Of a stretch of 64,000 nt of DNA, positions 18,943-29,800 are shown piece after piece (position 1 is the first letter of the stretch; every line of letters starts with the position of its first letter). The position numbers were made by a program, and so were the translations under genes. Source of the DNA: Candidatus Omnitrophota bacterium (GTDB taxonomy: Bacteria; Omnitrophota; Gorgyraeia; Tantalellales; Tantalellaceae); the NCBI GenBank assembly GCA_015231405.1, contig JADGBR010000001.1:155964-219963 (forward strand), given 5' to 3'. The notes beneath the pieces are model-generated. The model saw only the letters and a program-made list of their open reading frames with translations, did no database searches and had not been told where the DNA came from.

Positions 18943-19584
18943 ATGGAAACAGATGAATTAATACGGAAATGTCTGGAAAAAGACAGCGGTGCCTGGGATG
19001 AATTTGTCAGAAAATATCAAAGTCTCGTCCATAGGAGCGTAAATTATAAACTTCGGGCACTAAACGTCAGAACGGGCGCATGTGAATTCAAAGATATCGC
19101 ACAGGATATTTTTCTTAAGATCTGGGAGTCTCAAAAATTGAGGGACATAAAGGATATAAAATGCCTGCCGAGCTGGCTCGCAATAGTTTCCATAAATTTC
19201 ACGGCCAATTATTGCAGGACAAAGAGGTTCGGAATAATTAACAAGGCGGTTTCTTTCGATGATGAGATAGATATTAAAGGGAGTACCGTTCGCCTTAGTT
19301 CGATCATCCCCGATAAGCAGAGGAACATTAATTCGTTTATCGAGAATAAAGAGCTTTTGGAGATAATGAAGAAAGAGATTAACTCTTTTTCGCTAAAAAA
19401 ACAGCTTGTACTAAAGTTCCATCTGTATGAAAATAAAAAACACAAAGAAATATCTCGTGTTATGAATTTACCGAGAAATACGGTCACGACTATGATAAAC
19501 AGGGCTAAGGGCCAGTTGTCGGAAAGGCTTAACGGCTATTTAAAAGAGAGCGGTAAAGACAAAGAGCTACTGGAAAGGATATAG
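18943..19584 (+). CDS. ECF-type RNA polymerase sigma factor
   Basis: Region 2 'AWDEFVRKY..DIAQDIFLKIW..SWLAIVSIN'; region 4 'KEISRVMNLPRNTVTTMINRAK'. Confidence 0.9.
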   Translation: METDELIRKCLEKDSGAWDEFVRKYQSLVHRSVNYKLRALNVRTGACEFKDIAQDIFLKIWESQKLRDIKDIKCLPSWLAIVSINFTANYCRTKRFGIINKAVSFDDEIDIKGSTVRLSSIIPDKQRNINSFIENKELLEIMKKEINSFSLKKQLVLKFHLYENKKHKEISRVMNLPRNTVTTMINRAKGQLSERLNGYLKESGKDKELLERI

Positions 19585-19622
19585 GACGAGTTTCGGCTAT
19601 AAGACGCCGGGGAGGGGTTTAA

Positions 19623-20021
19623 ATGGGCGACAGATTATGTCCCAGCGAGGAAGTGCTTTCCGAATATTTGTCGGGATGCCTGCCTGCTGAAAAAATCGAA
19701 GAGACTGAAAAACACCTGGTGTCCTGCGGGGAATGCGGAAAATTGCTGTTTGAGGCCAGGGACGTGCTCAGAACCGAAGAAGCACGCGCGTGGATCTCGT
19801 CTCTTACCGTATGGTTTAGGGCAAGGAAATATGCTTCCGGAGCGCTAATTTCAATAATTCTATCTTTCGTCATACACGGATACTTCTTACAGTTCATTGC
19901 AATTGCCGTTATTTTTGGATACAAATACGTTTCAGATGGCAGGGCTATAAGGTTATCCTCAAGGAAAGAAATGGCCGGAAGAAATTTTAATTCAAGCGAG
20001 AGAATAAAAAAGAAAGCATAG
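19623..20021 (+). CDS. Zinc-finger (ZAS/zf-HC2) anti-sigma factor with TM segments
   Basis: 'CPSEEVLSEYL..EKHLVSCGEC' (HxxxCxxC), then hydrophobic helices; directly after the ECF sigma. Confidence 0.85.
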   Translation: MGDRLCPSEEVLSEYLSGCLPAEKIEETEKHLVSCGECGKLLFEARDVLRTEEARAWISSLTVWFRARKYASGALISIILSFVIHGYFLQFIAIAVIFGYKYVSDGRAIRLSSRKEMAGRNFNSSERIKKKA

Positions 20022-20261
20022 CTTATTACCATAGTGACATCTGCCCAAACTAGTCAAGCCGATTTATTCACGCGTTCCCCGATAGCCGGTAAACGCCTGA
20101 GGATCGTGAGAAAGGTTGCTGACTTTCATGTCGCCGATGGCGTGTTGAAAGACAACAAATATCGGTATAATATCCTCCTGATGCTAAGCTTGCATTAATA
20201 ATAATATCGGTGTAAACTTATTTACGAAAAGTTTGATTGCATACAACCGGGACACTTACTA

Positions 20262-21233
20262 ATGAACAAGATCAGCTTAACAATGATATTGCCGGCTTTT
20301 CTGGCGTTCCCTGTGGCTTTATCTCTTTCGGATACTGTCGTAATGAAATCAAATGAGAAGATAAAAGGGGTAGTCCTGGAACAGTATAATGACAGGGTCC
20401 TTGTTTCGACCGCGGATGGTGAAACCGAGATAATGAAAAAAGATATCGGCGATATCGTGTATGATCGGGAGGAGCAGAACTTTGCCAGCATGGGGGATTA
20501 TTATCAGGAAAAGCGGATGTATCAGAAAGCGTATTATTCTTATGAAAAGGCTTTGAAGATCAACCCTGATTTTAAACAAGCAAGGGACGGGATCAATTAT
20601 GTGTCGACTTATCTCCAGCAGGAGGAAAGGATGATAAAGCTTGATCACATAAAGAACATGAAAACAATGACTTACGGGAAGATAAAAAAAGATGAGGGGG
20701 CGTACGGGACCGATCAAAAAGAAAAGGATGTAAAAAAAGACCTGGGTATAGTGATAAAAAGCGGTAAAGAGCTTTATGTTATAAACGAAGTAGTTAAAGG
20801 ATCTCCGGCCTACACCGCGGGAATAAAAAAAGGTGACGTGTTGGAATCACTTTGGGGAAAATCAGTGAAGTATATGGACATATCGGCCGTGACATCGCGA
20901 TTGGAGGATCCCGGGGTCATGGATATTCAGGTCACTGTGCAAAGGACATATCTCTTTGACGTTACGCGTGCAAAAAAATCGTTCGGGAACAGACTTGGCA
21001 TTAAATTCGGATATTCGGAGATGGAGGGGTTGAAGGCCGATGATATACGTAAAGGCAGCCTGGCAGACTCGAAAGGCATGATAAAGGGCGATAAGATAGT
21101 TGAAATTCAGAATACCTCAACGACGTTCATGACAATGGAACAGATCCTCGCTTTGATCAACACCGAGGGGGTTAAGAAGGTGATGGTGAAGATCAAAAGG
21201 GAAATCGTTATGTGGAAAAGTATCAAATCCTGA
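20262..21233 (+). CDS. Exported TPR + tandem PDZ domain protein
   Basis: Signal peptide, TPR 'AYYSYEKALKINPD', PDZ motifs 'GSPAYTAGIKKGD' and 'GSLADSKGMIKGDKIVEI'. Confidence 0.8.
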   Translation: MNKISLTMILPAFLAFPVALSLSDTVVMKSNEKIKGVVLEQYNDRVLVSTADGETEIMKKDIGDIVYDREEQNFASMGDYYQEKRMYQKAYYSYEKALKINPDFKQARDGINYVSTYLQQEERMIKLDHIKNMKTMTYGKIKKDEGAYGTDQKEKDVKKDLGIVIKSGKELYVINEVVKGSPAYTAGIKKGDVLESLWGKSVKYMDISAVTSRLEDPGVMDIQVTVQRTYLFDVTRAKKSFGNRLGIKFGYSEMEGLKADDIRKGSLADSKGMIKGDKIVEIQNTSTTFMTMEQILALINTEGVKKVMVKIKREIVMWKSIKS

Positions 21234-21276
21234 AACTTTGACGAACGAAAGGAACCTGCAAACCACATGGAGGAAA

Positions 21277-21813
21277 ATGGGCGAAGCTAAATTTAGGAGA
21301 AAACAATACGTTGTCCTCTGGAGATTCCAGTTAAAATATGTCATGTATATCCTCTTGTTCCTTTATATCGGCGCGGCCGTGGCAGGATATACCGTTTATT
21401 GGACTACATGGGTTACGCTTGGCGAGAAACTGGCGAACGTTTATCCCCAGGGTAGGCTCGTATATATTTACAAGCAGGCAAATCTTACCCTGCTTTTCAG
21501 GCTGGCCCTAATAACGCCTATATTTATCGTGACCGGCATAATGCTGTCACACAGGATAGCCGGCCCGATATACAGGATCTGTAGCTATGTGAACGAGCTC
21601 ACTACCGGTGATTATTCTAAAGGGATAATCCTCAGAAAAAAAGACGAACTGAAACAGATAGCCGAAAAACTCGTCGCTCTCCGGGACAGCCTGAGAAAGA
21701 GGGATGAGGAGCGTAAAAAGGTAACGGGCGATTTGATCAAGAAACTCGAAGAGTTGAAGATCCCAGATGATACGATTAAAGGTATAAAGCTCGATCTCGA
21801 AAGGATCAGGTAA
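21277..21813 (+). CDS. Membrane protein with two TMs and a HAMP domain (no output domain)
   Basis: 'SHRIAGPIYRI..GDYS..LRKKDELKQIA' HAMP signature after the TMs. Confidence 0.75.
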   Translation: MGEAKFRRKQYVVLWRFQLKYVMYILLFLYIGAAVAGYTVYWTTWVTLGEKLANVYPQGRLVYIYKQANLTLLFRLALITPIFIVTGIMLSHRIAGPIYRICSYVNELTTGDYSKGIILRKKDELKQIAEKLVALRDSLRKRDEERKKVTGDLIKKLEELKIPDDTIKGIKLDLERIR

Positions 21814-21819
21814 GAGCGG

Positions 21820-23205
21820 ATGAAATATATTTTGATCGTTGAAGACGATCCAGACCACGCCGAACTCGCCTCGTCGGTCATCAAGGTCACCATGCCCGAC
21901 TGTAAACCTCATGTCGTCCATTCCAGAGATGATTGCATGGAGGCAATAAAAGGGACGGATTTTGACGTTATACTTCTGGATTATTATCTTGGCGACGCCG
22001 AGGGAATAAAAATTCTTGAGGAAATAAAGGAAATAAATCGGGATGTGCCGGTTATTATCGTTACGGGGCTCGGGAGCGAAAGGATCGCCGTAAAGATGAT
22101 CAAAATGGGCGCTTATGATTACCTGGTCAAATCGGAAGATTATCTGGAAGCTCTTCCAGTGACGATAAAAAGGGCATTGAACGCACATGAGGATGTGGTC
22201 CTCAGGCGGGAGGCCGAGGAAAAGGCCAGGGAAAGCGACGAGCAGTACAGGAATTTGGTAGACAACATCAATATAGGCATTTACAGGAGCGCGGGAGATA
22301 ATTACGGGACAATCATTCAGGCGAACCAGGCCCTTTCGAGGATATTGGGATACACCCCGAACGAGATAACGTCTAAGATACGCCTTTTCGACCTTTTTGA
22401 CGATGCCGTCGTAAGGAAAGAATTCCTCGGCCTTCTCATAGTTAGGAGCTCGATAATCGGCTACGAATGCCGTCTCGCGAGAAAAGACGGAAAAAAAGTA
22501 TGGGTTTCGGTTACAGCGAAAGTCCAATTTGACGGCGCTAATAATATCAAATGGATCGACGGGACGGTAGAGGATATTACCGAGAGGAAAAAAGCCGAAA
22601 TAGAACTTGCCGAAAGCGTTTCAAGATTACGGGTTATATTCAAGGATATCGTGTCGGCGCTTGCCGCGACCAGCGATCTAAGGGACCCCTTTACCGCCGG
22701 ACATCAGAAAAGGGTCGCTCAGCTTGCCGTGGCGATAGCCGCTGAAATGGGTTACAAAGGAGAAAAACTGGAAGAAATTGAAATGTCGGCTCTTGTGCAT
22801 GATATCGGGAAGATCAATATCCCGATAGAGATATTGAGCAATCCAAGGCGATTAACGACCCTGGAATATGAGATGATAAAGACTCACGCACAGGCCGGCC
22901 ATGACATACTGAAGACCATAGAGCCTCCCTGGATAATAGCCCAGATAATTCATCAGCACCACGAGAGGCTGAACGGCTCAGGTTACCCCAAGTCTCTTCT
23001 TAAGGAAAAGATACTTCTCTCGGCCCAGATCCTGTCCGTCGCGGACGTCGTCGAGGCGATGTCATCGCACCGTCCTTACAGGCCCGCGAGAGGACTGTCC
23101 AAGGCCCTTGAGGAGATCAGCCAGAATAAGGGCAAGCTTTACGGTGATGATGCGGTCGAAGCTTGTCTGAGGATATTCACAAGAGGGTTCGTGTTCAGAG
23201 ACTAA
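21820..23205 (+). CDS. Response regulator REC-PAS-HD-GYP
   Basis: REC 'ILIVEDD..ILLDY..VTG..GAYDYLVK'; PAS/PAC 'RKDGKKVWV..DITERK'; 'HDIGK', 'HHERLNGSGYP'. Confidence 0.92.
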   Translation: MKYILIVEDDPDHAELASSVIKVTMPDCKPHVVHSRDDCMEAIKGTDFDVILLDYYLGDAEGIKILEEIKEINRDVPVIIVTGLGSERIAVKMIKMGAYDYLVKSEDYLEALPVTIKRALNAHEDVVLRREAEEKARESDEQYRNLVDNINIGIYRSAGDNYGTIIQANQALSRILGYTPNEITSKIRLFDLFDDAVVRKEFLGLLIVRSSIIGYECRLARKDGKKVWVSVTAKVQFDGANNIKWIDGTVEDITERKKAEIELAESVSRLRVIFKDIVSALAATSDLRDPFTAGHQKRVAQLAVAIAAEMGYKGEKLEEIEMSALVHDIGKINIPIEILSNPRRLTTLEYEMIKTHAQAGHDILKTIEPPWIIAQIIHQHHERLNGSGYPKSLLKEKILLSAQILSVADVVEAMSSHRPYRPARGLSKALEEISQNKGKLYGDDAVEACLRIFTRGFVFRD

Positions 23206-23209
23206 TGCG

Positions 23210-23446
23210 CGCCTTGCCCCGATCCCGTTCTCCTCTTACTTGGCATGATCCCGGTGTACTATTATGGGCCTTATCCCTCTCGCTTTTTCGACAGGTGAAG
23301 GGTCCGAGTCCTGGCGCCCTCTCGGTATGACAATGCTCGGTGGTTTGTCATTTTCGACGCATATAACGCTACTTTATGTGCCGAATATGTATTCTATATT
23401 CGAAGGACTTGGAAAAAGGAACAAAGGAGGAGGCCGATATCAATAA
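23210..23446 (+). pseudogene. C-terminal remnant of an AcrB/CusA-type RND efflux transporter
   Basis: 'MGLIPLAFSTGEGSESWRPLGMTMLGGLSFSTHITLLYVP' matches the last two TMs of RND permeases; the other ~950 aa are absent. Confidence 0.8.
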
Positions 23447-23447
23447 A

Positions 23448-23734
23448 ATGGTGATGATAACCTACTATGAGGGGCTGGACTCGGATGTGATGGAGCTTCT
23501 TAATAGGACGGGACTTGCCAATTACACTAATATGACAGGAAATTACGGCCGTGGCGATTGGTCAGGTACTCATCTAGGTGACGATATATGGCCGGGTGAT
23601 TAATAATGTATTGTACGTTTCCTGCCCTCTGGATCAAGCAGTAAAATTATTGTCCGGTGATCAGGACACTTCGAAAAACTTTTGCCGCTGACGGTATTAA
23701 AGCCTTCATGATGCCGGTTGATGATATAACCTGA
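23448..23734 (+). pseudogene. Frameshifted PII-like (PG0541-type) transporter-associated protein
   Basis: 'MVMITYYEGLDSDVMELL..YGRG..GTHLGDDIWPG' then a stop. It continues in shifted frames as 'NNVLYVSCPLDQAVKLL' and 'IRTLRKTFAADGIKAFMMPVDDIT*'. Confidence 0.7.
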
Positions 23735-23842
23735 ACGGTTCTTCAGCCATCATAGTTAGCCACATAAAAAGTTGCAAAAGAGATTTTATTCAGCCATAGT
23801 TAAGGTAATAAACAGATTAAAAATATTAACTACCATCTTACT

Positions 23843-26800
23843 ATGAAAAAATTCAACACGCTAATATTGTTGATTTCTTTTACCATCAATCAGATGGTGA
23901 TCCCCGTAAAAGCGGACGTCGCAAAGCTGATAGATCCCGGTACTTTCTACATACCCGGAAAGATCGGTGAAATAATGACTTTGGTCAAAGGGAATTCAGG
24001 AAAGACCATAATTAATATAACTGACGCGCACTGCAATTATTCTGCCCAGGACAATATCTGCAAGATACTTCAATATTTGACATCAAACGAAACCCCTGAG
24101 ATCGTCTTTCTTGAGGGGGGATCGGGCAAATATGATTTCAGCGTTTTCGATAAAATTAATGACACAGAAATTAAAGAGAGGATCGTCGAAATATTACTTA
24201 AAGAAGGAAGGCTCTCGGGCGCGGAGAAATATGGTATAGGATCCAATAACAGCATAAGGCTCGAGGGGCTTGAAGAAAAGGATCTTTATGACAAAAATCT
24301 CGGGTATTACAGAGGATCCCTGACAATGAAGGATACAGTCCAGCCTTATCTGGATAAATTAAGAGGGATCCTCGCGAAAATCAAAAAGAACCTGTATTCC
24401 GAAGAGATGATCAAGATCGATGATATGTTCGACAGGTATGAGTCAGGGGAACTTAACATAAAAGACCTTATTGTTTTGATCTCAGGTCTTTTGGCGCAAA
24501 AGAGCGCGGATCTCCTGGCGTATAAGAACATAGTCGGCCTCGCTGGGATAGTGAACGATGAGAAGAGGATTGATTTCGAAAGGGCAGAGAAAGAGATGGA
24601 AAATGTGATGGACCTTTTGACCAAAACACTTCCAGGGAACGAGAGAACAAAACTCCTTGAGCAGCTGACGGGATTTAAGGACGGCGATATCGATAAGGAA
24701 ATGTTTTACGGATATCTTTTTAAACAGCTCCGGCTGTCTTCGGCTGACATGTCCAATTACGAGAACCTAAGGAAATATTCGGAATATATATCAGGGTATG
24801 AAAACATCGATAAAGGCGAGCTTGCCAGAGAGATCCGAAGAGCCCGTACTGACCTTTTTGAAAAGTCATTTACTGGAGACGATCAGAAAGAATTATTCGC
24901 GCTAGTGAATTATCTGGTCGCCGTCGATAAGCTCATTAACGCAAAGCTCGTTAAGGAAGAATTCAATGATTATATAAAAATGGCATCAAGAGTTGACCTT
25001 GACGGGGTCAAAGCGTTCATAGCCAAAAACTATCCCATTGACGGGGATCATCTTAATATGAGCGAAGCCCAAAATGAATACCCAATGATCGTGGATCTGA
25101 TGGAAAAATTTTACAAATGCTCTTTTGAAAGGGATGTTGTATTCCTCGGCAAGATCGACAAGTATATGACCGTTAATAAAATGAAGAGCGCGGTCATGGT
25201 TACCGGAGGTTTTCATAAAGATAATCTGAAAGGCCTGTTCGAAAAAGCGGGTTTTAATTACATAGAAGTGATGCCGGTAATTAAAAAGACCGATGTGGCG
25301 AATAATTATTTTAAACTGCTTTCAGGTGAACGGTCCGATCTCGAGGGATTCATTGATACTGCCGTGTCACTCCTTCCCGGGAATTCATTCCTGGCTTTAA
25401 GGAGCGTTTTCTCCGAGATGGGGATATCCGACATAAAGGCAGGGAACGAAACTGTCCTTAAGATCGCGATGCTTGAAAAACTCCTGAACGGTGAGGAGTT
25501 CACGATAAGGACGAAGCAAGGCTGGTGGATAGTGATTTCGCCCGAAGGAGTGAAAAGCGTTAACGCAAACGTATTTAAGAGCGATACCGGAACGATAGGG
25601 GGCCAAAAGATCACCGCGGAAGTATTCAGGCCCGAAGCCAGATTCGACGCAAATGTCAGCGAGGCGGATATCGTTCTTGTGGACGGGGACGAGCTCAATC
25701 ATATTCAGCAGGAGTTGTGGATAGACGGGCTAGGAAAGGAAATGGGGTATAAGGCATTGAGAGATGTCATCGACACGGAGCCATTTATCGACAAGCTTTA
25801 TGAATTCGGCCTTGAAGAGCAGCATGTCGAATATCTTAAGCTGAATTATATTAATACCGATAAGCTAAGGGTGTGGAACGATAAGGACATGCGTATGCCT
25901 GTCGACGGTCATCCCGGAGCGGAGGGCGTTGTCTATTTGACAAGCCATCTTTTCAACGCGAATGACACCAGAGGAGCCGTACTCGCTTTCCTTCACGAAC
26001 TTGGAGGGGCTTATAAGAACGGCGAATTGAAGCGTACCCATGCAGATAATAGACAGCTTGACGACGCTTACGCCTCCGGTGACAGGGACCTCATAAAAAA
26101 GAAGGCTATTGAAATAGTCGAATTCGCTTCCGGCGGGACAGGCATGGCTCGTGGTGAAAAAAGGGATTATGCCGATAAAGTCGATATGGAGGCGGCGAAG
26201 CCGGTAACGATAGAGGACTTTGAGACCCTGACGAGCGATCACCAGAAAGAAAATGTCATAAGGGAGCTGAAAACCATACACGCTGAAATCATGTCGATGG
26301 CCGAGGAATACAAAGAGAGAACGGGTGATCCTAAATACCTGACGATAACGATGAGGGAACAGAAACGGTTCCTTAAAACATTTGAAAGCGTTTATTATAA
26401 ACGCATAAAAGAAACCGGAGACGAAAGTCTTTCGTACGCACATGCGCTTAATACGGCTAAACAGGGCTACTACGATATTTTTCCTGAAAGTTTCGTTCGA
26501 GAGGAGATCGGGGACGTTAATGTACATGACGCCCCGTTGCCTGAAGAACTGGACGCCTTGCATTCCGAGGTCTACCGAAAGCTGTCGAGGGCCATAGACA
26601 CCGATTTTCCGTCGCTTTTCAACTGTCCGGTAGACACTCTTGGAGAGCTGGACGACGCGCTCGATATCTATGTCAGGAACCACAGCGGGATAGGCAAGGT
26701 CGAAAAGGTCGTGTGCACGCCGGATACCGACAGCACGCAGTTGATAGGTTGCCTTCTGCCCGTCGATCCGAAAGACAGGAAGGGAGCGGAAAAGGTGCGG

Positions 26801-29800
26801 TTTGAGATGGGGGTTATTTACCGGATGGTGGAACATGCCAGAGACGATCCGGAACATACGCATATATTAAGATTGGACCAACTGGAGGCTTTATCCCCCA
26901 AAGTATGGGTCATATTGAACCAGTTCCTGTTAACGGACGAAATGACGGTGCCTGAAGCCGACCCGACCAAAGGAAAAGCCGTAAGGAAACTGAAACGGCC
27001 GAAAAATCTGAAGATCATAACGTCTATAAATAAGGGTCTGGATGACAGCGCGTTCTATGACAGGTTTTTAAGAAAGACCATTGACTCCCCGAGCGATGAG
27101 GTGCTGGGGGCATATATAATGAGCCATTATGGTCTTCCGGAATGGGCCGCGAAAGATATGGTCAGCCTGAAAAACAATAATGAAGCGGTAAATAACGGTC
27201 AGTTGTTCATTATCCTGGATTATATCAAAGGCAGGCTGTCGGAATCTGAAAGTAAAGGTGAAAAGGCCTTGAAGGATATCATTGACCAGGAAGTCGGCCT
27301 TTATTTAGGGAACCTTAAACCGCTTAAGCCGGGGGACGGATATGAGACCAAAGTCGAATTCAAGGACGATAAGCTCATGTTTGACGGCGTCGAGCTCGCA
27401 ATTAATGACGGGCTTAGAGCTAAGATAAAACAGGCGGTAAAAAGCCAGGACGACATCGAAGCCATTAAAAAAGCCATAAAAGAAACTGTCTCTATCAGCA
27501 TGACGAGGGACGTGGCGAGGGCCTTGAGCGCTATCGCGAGGAATTACCGCTATGGGAATAAGGTTATCCAGCTCGAGGGCCCTACCGGGTCCGGAAAGAC
27601 CTTCCTCGCGGAATCATTGGCTAAAATGCTGAATATCCCGTTTTATGGGGAACCTTTCCATGCCTCCAGTAAGCAGACAAAGCTTCTTGGGTCTTTTGTC
27701 CCGGATCCGACAGGGGAGTTCTACCTTGATACGGACACGCAGTTCCTCCGGCATATACAAGACGGTGGGGTAATAGCCTTATCCGAACTTAACGCCTGCG
27801 AAAAGGACGGGTACGCGCGATTCGGCTGGTTGATGGTCCCGTTCGCTAGCGGTGAAGATACGCTCGAACTAAACCAGTATCCTTTACCCGGAGAGGGCGG
27901 GGAAATGTTCAGGTCGGTAAAAAGGCATAAGGATTCGATGATCATCATAGACACCAACCCTTCGGACGCTTATAAGTCCAGAGCGGCCCTCCCGCCGATG
28001 CTGAACGCCTATACCCCGAAAGTATGGGTGGAGGGAAAGTATACCATGGAGGAGCTTAAAGAGATATCAGCCGACTTCATCGAAAGTAAAGAGGTAAGCG
28101 GCGATGAAAAGGGTTTCTTTACGGATGTCCTTTCCGAACTCCATTTTAAGGTCCAGGAGGAGCTCGAGAGAACAGATCCGAAGTTATCCAGAGGCCGTGA
28201 GCATATAGTAACGATGAGGGAGCTTACGCGTACGAGTAAAATGATAAGGAGCGAAAATAAGAATAAAGATAAAGGCCAGAACTATTATGACGCGGCCATG
28301 CTTTATTACGGATCGGCGTTCAAGAATGAGGCCGATAGAGAGCTGGTAAAGGGTTATATTAAAGAAATATTATCCGGGCAAGGTATAGCTGTTTCCTGCC
28401 TTAAAGAGAGGGATGACAATTATTTTCTTAGAACGTCGATCCTTAACACTAAAAACTCGACAATGCTCTCGCTTCCGGCGATGGATAACCCCTTTGATGT
28501 AATACAGGAAGCGCTCGGTGAAGAAAAGAATGTCGAGGTCGAAAAGTATAACGCCAATTATTTTACCGACGATTTCGGTCTTTTAGGAGGTTATGTGCCT
28601 AATGAAGGGAGCAAATATAACGAGGAAATGGCCTTCCGCATGGTCGACGGTATCATACTGAAGAACATAAAAAAAGCGTTGAAAGAAAAGGATAAGACTT
28701 TTATCCTGGCTTTCGAGAATTTCCATTATCTGAGGCCCAAGATGGCGGTAGCGCTTAATTCAATACTCCAGGACAGGGTATATTATTCGATAGCTAAAGA
28801 AGGCGGCGTGAAAACAAAAGAAAGGATAGAAATACCCGACAACCTGAAGTTCGTCTCCACCGCTTCTAACGAGGTCGAGTTCCAGATGTCTCTGGCGGAA
28901 CAGTCCAGGTGGGTAAGGATATTCGGTTCCGGAGATAAGTCCAGGGCTCCGCCCGAAGAAAGACAAGCGAAAGTATACGCCGACGCCGATGAATTAAGAA
29001 AAGCTTACAAAAAAGATCGTTCTCAGCTAGACCCGAATATACATCCGGAGCCGGTCACTGACGGGAAAGGGCTTCTCGTCCCGACCAAAGAAATGATGGA
29101 AGCTGAAAGCCGGATGGTTGATGCGATGGACGATGATAAAGTCATTCTCCTGGAAGGCCCCCCTGGAGGCGGAAAAACGGAATACGCTTTGGATATAGCG
29201 AACAGGCTTGGCCTAAAATCCTATCTGTATTCGGCCCACGCGAATTCCCATCTCAGGGACCTTATCGGCAGTTATGTGCAGGATAAGGACGGGAAATATG
29301 TTCTTACGGCCCGTGAAAAAGACGGCCATTTTATGGCTCCGTTCCTTGAATGTCTTAAGAACGGCGGTGTGTTCATTATAGACGAGGGCGCTATAGGAGT
29401 TAACGCCCAGGCCATTATTAGCTGGCTTACGGGTATTGCAAGAGGCGATAAAGAGATAGCCATAAACGAACATCTCGGAATGGATGAGCCGTTAAGGATC
29501 AAAAGGCATGAGAACTTTCATCTTGTCATCACCACAAATCCCGTCGAAGAAACCCCTGACAGGATGAAAATACCCATAGAGGTCCTTGAACGTTCGGAAC
29601 GCATTTGGGTGACGGATGACATTTGCAGGAAATCATATGATAGTATCACGGAATTCTTTTACGATCTTTACGCCGGAAATGACCCGAAAATGGCGGAGCA
29701 TAAGAAGAACTATACCGTTGCCGCTCTTTCAAGCCTCCATATAAAGATGAAAGAAATACTTTCCGCGCAGGGGTTCGTTAATGACCCGGACAGGCATCTT

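Noticed and set aside
20022-20261. 240-bp intergenic region as possible riboswitch or ncRNA (c-di-GMP, given nearby HD-GYP genes)
   Set aside because: No GEMM or other recognisable consensus by eye. An Infernal/Rfam scan would be needed.
23772-23800. TTGCAA-17-CATAGT as promoter of the giant gene
   Set aside because: The -10 match is weak in an AT-rich region, which is insufficient to call.
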